20,000 bases of DNA from an uncultured virus (IMG/VR IMGVR_UViG_3300013232_000195) (lineage: Duplodnaviria; Heunggongvirae; Uroviricota; Caudoviricetes), in the IMG/VR virus record IMGVR_UViG_3300013232_000195; one strand, 5' to 3'. Under the pieces are notes generated by a model. The model did not search any database. It saw nothing but the letters and a program-made list of their open reading frames with translations, and was not told the origin of the DNA. Below are positions 17,149 to 20,000 of the stretch, in pieces; position 1 is the stretch's first letter, and every line of letters begins with the position of its first letter. A program made the position numbers and the translations under genes.

Positions 17149-17182
17149 AAAAAGCAAGGCGCGGCCACACGCCGCGCCTTGC
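17149..17182 (-). terminator. Intrinsic terminator
   Basis: GCAAGGCGCGGC-N5-GCCGCGCCTTGC followed by TTTTT on the - strand, 15 nt after the stop of 17198..17716; stem related to the hairpin family. Confidence 0.75.
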
Positions 17183-17197
17183 CGCTACCCTTGCCGC

Positions 17198-17716
17198 CTA
17201 GAGGCGGTGGGTTTCGCTATCCACCCGCAGTTCCTTAATGCTTTCCAGTTTGTAGGTGAGGAAGCGGATCGGCTCATCCGTCCCTTGGTTTTTGTACTCG
17301 CTGGGCTTTTCCAGCCACGGTTCCAGCGTTTCCTTCGCCACTTCCTCGCCGTTGTCCATCACGTACCGAACCTCGGACACGTTCAGCGAGCGGAAGCGGA
17401 GGTACATCTGGCCGTTCTGCTTGTGACGGCAGAAGGGCGTCAGCGTCCCGTCAGCGCGGATGACTGGCTCATGCCAACTTTCCCCCGCGAAGAAACAACT
17501 GGCGTCCTTGCCTTCCTTCGCCAACTGGCGGAGAACCGCCCCGTCATAGTGAAAGTTGATCTGTCCGCTGATCTTGGCGATCTTGCGGACGCGGCCAGCG
17601 TAGGGATTGCCGCGCTTGCGCATCTTCGGTTCCGTTTCGGCAGTGAAACCGATGAAGGTCGCGCCCCTCTGCCCTTCCAGCAACTCGACCACTCCCGCTT
17701 CAGCCACGTTAGCCAT
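17198..17716 (-). CDS. Phage-type hypothetical protein, about 172 aa
   Basis: Repeat at 17766; AAGGGAG SD; ATG 17716 (or 17722). Confidence 0.85.
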   Translation of the reverse strand: MANVAEAGVVELLEGQRGATFIGFTAETEPKMRKRGNPYAGRVRKIAKISGQINFHYDGAVLRQLAKEGKDASCFFAGESWHEPVIRADGTLTPFCRHKQNGQMYLRFRSLNVSEVRYVMDNGEEVAKETLEPWLEKPSEYKNQGTDEPIRFLTYKLESIKELRVDSETHRL

Positions 17717-17765
17717 TGTCATTCTCCCTTTTCCGTTTCCCTTGTCTCCCCTTCACATCAACAGC

Positions 17766-18071
17766 CTAGGACCCGACTGGCCGCATGACCTCACGGATGA
17801 ATCGCACGTTGTACTTCACGCTGCCGCAAGACTGGCAAGTGTACGTCTGTCCTTTGCCAACGCCTTCCACCGTATGCCTTGTGGACATGCGGCGACAATT
17901 GCAGTAACGGTTCTCGGCAGACTCACGAGCCTCCGTTATCGCCTCCTCGGCAATTTCTTCCTCGTACTCGGCGCGGATTTCGCGGATGTCCTTAAACCGC
18001 GTGTTGCGCCCTCGCGTGGCATGAGCCATTCCCGCAGCGCGTGTTTTCGCGTTCTCTGCATGTCTGTTCAT
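17766..18071 (-). CDS. Hypothetical protein with C-terminal zinc ribbon, 101 aa
   Basis: CNC...CQSCG; repeat at 18095 and SD; ends VGS* inside the repeat. Confidence 0.8.
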   Translation of the reverse strand: MNRHAENAKTRAAGMAHATRGRNTRFKDIREIRAEYEEEIAEEAITEARESAENRYCNCRRMSTRHTVEGVGKGQTYTCQSCGSVKYNVRFIREVMRPVGS

Positions 18072-18189
18072 TTGCCATTCCTCCCACGGTCTGCCAGGGA
18101 CCCAAACGACCCCACCATCGCACCATCCAGGCTCCCGCCTGGCCCTGGCCCATTCGGGTCCGAGACTGAGAACGGGAGGAAACAAAAAC

Positions 18190-18501
18190 ATGGCAATCCT
18201 GGACGCGAATGGCAAGCCCGCCAAACTGAGGATCTATGACAACGGTGGCCAGTCGGCTGACCGATACACCGTTGTCTTCACGGGCAACTACAAGGGACGG
18301 GGAGGACGTTGTTCCTACCTCGCGATGGGTGGCTCACCGTTCCACCCGCAAGGCTTCTGCCAGCATGGGGAGCATCACACGGTCATCGACCGTCCCCAGT
18401 ACAGCCACCTTGGCAAGCCGATCAGCTTTGACGATCTGCCCGAAGACTGCAAAAGGGCCGTCTGGCAAGACTACCGCGCAATCTGGAACCTCAAGGGCTA
18501 G
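18190..18501 (+). CDS. Phage-type hypothetical protein, 103 aa
   Basis: LRIYDNGGQSADRYTVVF...HLGKPISFDDLPEDC; repeat at 18156 and SD. Confidence 0.85.
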   Translation: MAILDANGKPAKLRIYDNGGQSADRYTVVFTGNYKGRGGRCSYLAMGGSPFHPQGFCQHGEHHTVIDRPQYSHLGKPISFDDLPEDCKRAVWQDYRAIWNLKG

Positions 18502-18534
18502 TTGGGTCCCAGACCATTGGAAAGGGAGAAAACA

Positions 18535-18795
18535 ATGGCAAACGCTAAGGAAGTCGAAGCCCTCAAGGCCTTGTGGATCGCTGCCCGCGACAAAGAAGAG
18601 GAGTTGTTGGAGAAGTGGAAGGCGGCTGCGGACGATTCTGAGGAGTTCGCCAAACTCGGCGTGGCTCTCAGCAAGGCCACCGAGGACGTAGAAGAGACAC
18701 GGCGCGACTGGCTAGAGGCCAAGGCCGAAGCCAGAGCCCAGCCGACGCCAGAAGAAGAGATGGACTCCGAACCGTACGCGGATTGGGACTTCTAA
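18535..18795 (+). CDS. Acidic coiled-coil protein, 86 aa
   Basis: Repeat at 18504, SD, ATG 18535. Confidence 0.8.
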   Translation: MANAKEVEALKALWIAARDKEEELLEKWKAAADDSEEFAKLGVALSKATEDVEETRRDWLEAKAEARAQPTPEEEMDSEPYADWDF

Positions 18796-18834
18796 GACCG
18801 ATTGGGTCCCAGTCCAGAGGTGGGAGGAACGACA

Positions 18835-19041
18835 ATGGCAAGAAACGTATTCGTTCGGGACGATGCGCGAAGGACGCTGGAGTACAAGGCTCGCTGCCTC
18901 CACGGCGAGCTGCTGGACTCGGGCTGGCCCGCCAATCTCGCACCGTACGCGGCCCTCTACTACGTCGGGGCCAAGAGCATCGACTGGCTGAAGGAACACT
19001 TCAAGCCAGACGCCGTGGAATACATCTGCAAGATGCGGTGA
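18835..19041 (+). CDS. Hypothetical protein, 68 aa
   Basis: Repeat at 18804, SD, ATG 18835. Confidence 0.8.
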   Translation: MARNVFVRDDARRTLEYKARCLHGELLDSGWPANLAPYAALYYVGAKSIDWLKEHFKPDAVEYICKMR

Positions 19042-19045
19042 ATCG

Positions 19046-19167
19046 GGGCAGTAATTACCGCAAGGCGTCCCTCCGCCCCATACGGTAGGACGTGAGCGGT
19101 GGCGGTACTGATGGGGTATCGCCCACGTAATAACGCATCGACAGCGTTAGGCGTGGCAAAACTGCCC
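19046..19167 (+). ncRNA. Candidate structured RNA (multi-stem junction with kissing loops)
   Basis: Nested helices found by eye (see findings); family unknown; strand inferred from flanking genes. Confidence 0.5.
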
Positions 19168-19209
19168 AACCATTTGGGTCCCAGTCAATGTCAAAGGGAG
19201 GAACGAAAC

Positions 19210-19542
19210 ATGGCGAAGTACAAAGATAAGCTATACCGCTTGGCCGATCAGCCCACGTCTAAGGAAAGCAAGGCTCTTGGCGTACTTGACAAGCCTTGTA
19301 CGGACGACCCCTCAGTATCGCTGCCCGCTGGAATGCTTGGCAAAATCCAGCTTCGCGGGGTTCGCACTGGCGAGTACCGCGCCCCGAAGGCTGGAGAATG
19401 GTACTTGAGCGGAGCAGAGCCAGAGGCTTGGAAGGCCAGGAACGACTTGACTTCGCCCTACTACATCCTCCGCCTTGTCCGCGTCAAGACCGAGAAGGTG
19501 ACCATTACGACAATCGTGCAAGAGGTGCCAAGCAGGGACTAA
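19210..19542 (+). CDS. Hypothetical protein, 110 aa
   Basis: Repeat at 19176, SD, ATG 19210. Confidence 0.8.
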   Translation: MAKYKDKLYRLADQPTSKESKALGVLDKPCTDDPSVSLPAGMLGKIQLRGVRTGEYRAPKAGEWYLSGAEPEAWKARNDLTSPYYILRLVRVKTEKVTITTIVQEVPSRD

Positions 19543-19580
19543 GGCCAATCGGGTCCCAGTCCTAGGTAAAGGGAGGACAC

Positions 19581-19754
19581 ATGGCCAATCACATGAAACG
19601 CTGCTCGTGTCGCCATTGCGAGCGTGGGTTGCGTACCAAAGCTGGCGGAGAGGTAGCCCGTCAGGCCGTACGCAAGGCCCGCCGCATGGCCAAGGTCGCG
19701 CTCAAGAACGGTGCTGAGCCGTCCCCCGTCTTCTCCATGCACTACACGGACTGA
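19581..19754 (+). CDS. 57-aa basic Cys-containing peptide
   Basis: MANHMKRCSCRHCERGLRTK...HYTD*; repeat at 19551 and AAAGGGAGG; stop 7 nt before the last repeat. Confidence 0.75.
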   Translation: MANHMKRCSCRHCERGLRTKAGGEVARQAVRKARRMAKVALKNGAEPSPVFSMHYTD

Positions 19755-20000
19755 AGCGATTGGGTCCCAGACATAAGACGTGAGAGGTTTAGCCAGAGGA
19801 AGGGTAGGCGCGGTGGCCATTGTGGTCCCCCTACCCTTCCTCCTCCCAATACCTATAACCACTCGGACGATCTAGCACCCAGCCCCAGCCAGGTAGGACG
19901 CCAGGCAGTACCCAGGAGAGGGTATATGCCATAGAGGCGTTGCTATAACCTATAAGTACTAATAACATTTAGAATAAAAATAAAACATCATGCACAAAAC

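Larger units (their letters stand above)
537..18103 (-). repeat. Dispersed intergenic repeat, left-pointing arm (39 copies), gene-sense consensus (A/T)TYGGGTCCYAGWC
   Basis: The 9-nt core (CTRGGACCC on +; variants CAGGGACCC, CAAGGACCC, CTCGGACCC) starts at 537, 862, 1855, 2366, 2890, 3585, 3887, 4415, 4824, 5679, 6373, 6784, 7367, 8034, 8411, 9128, 9595, 9975, 10276, 10664, 11298, 11650, 11965, 12254, 12589, 12978, 13297, 13628, 13923, 14180, 14861, 15399, 15667, 15870, 16499, 16804, 17084, 17766, 18095. Each is followed in gene sense by an SD and ATG about 20-50 nt on, or by the tRNA at 8411. Confidence 0.97.
18156..19770 (+). repeat. Same intergenic repeat, right-pointing arm (6 copies)
   Basis: GGGTCC(C/G)AG at 18156, 18504, 18804, 19176, 19551, 19762. 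The first five are followed by GGGAG-type SD and ATG; the last has no evident gene after it. Confidence 0.97.

Noticed and set aside
6390..18795. ORF-track N-terminal extensions such as MGPRLLERED, MKGRTT and MGPRPLERE
   Set aside because: They are translations of the motif and SD spacer from TTG/GTG codons; the likely starts are the ATGs after the SD.
537..19770. CRISPR array
   Set aside because: The repeats are only about 14 nt and degenerate, the intervals are roughly 200-1000 bp and hold whole genes, and no cas genes are present.
537..19770. Classical integron attC array
   Set aside because: No RYYYAAC...GTTRRRY boundaries, no long imperfect palindromes at most junctions, and no integron integrase in the window.

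Overview
A phage/mobile-element-like accessory region packed with about 56 short genes (mostly 40-200 aa, mostly hypothetical) and one tRNA-Cys(GCA). No housekeeping, structural or integrase gene is visible. The dominant feature is a short conserved motif, gene-sense consensus (A/T)TYGGGTCCYAGWC with GGGTCC invariant. I found 45 copies by eye. Nearly all lie between the stop codon of one gene and the strong SD (AAAGGGAGG) and ATG of the next, dividing the window into cassette-like units of 1-3 genes. 39 copies and their genes point left (537-18103) and 6 point right (18156-19770); the two arms diverge from a 52-bp GC-rich spacer. Six genes end inside or just past the motif (IGS*, VGS*, IGSQTM*), and the tRNA also sits in such a unit. 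Other observations: a GTGCRATG element 12-14 nt upstream of copies at apparent unit starts, a family of covarying GC-rich hairpins, and a ~122-nt candidate structured RNA with a kissing loop (19046-19167). Recognisable proteins are a radical SAM enzyme, a transglutaminase-like Cys-His-Asp protein, DUF5983-, DUF6927- and DUF6876-like proteins, and several Cys-rich zinc-ribbon peptides. Family names are from memory of motifs, not database searches.
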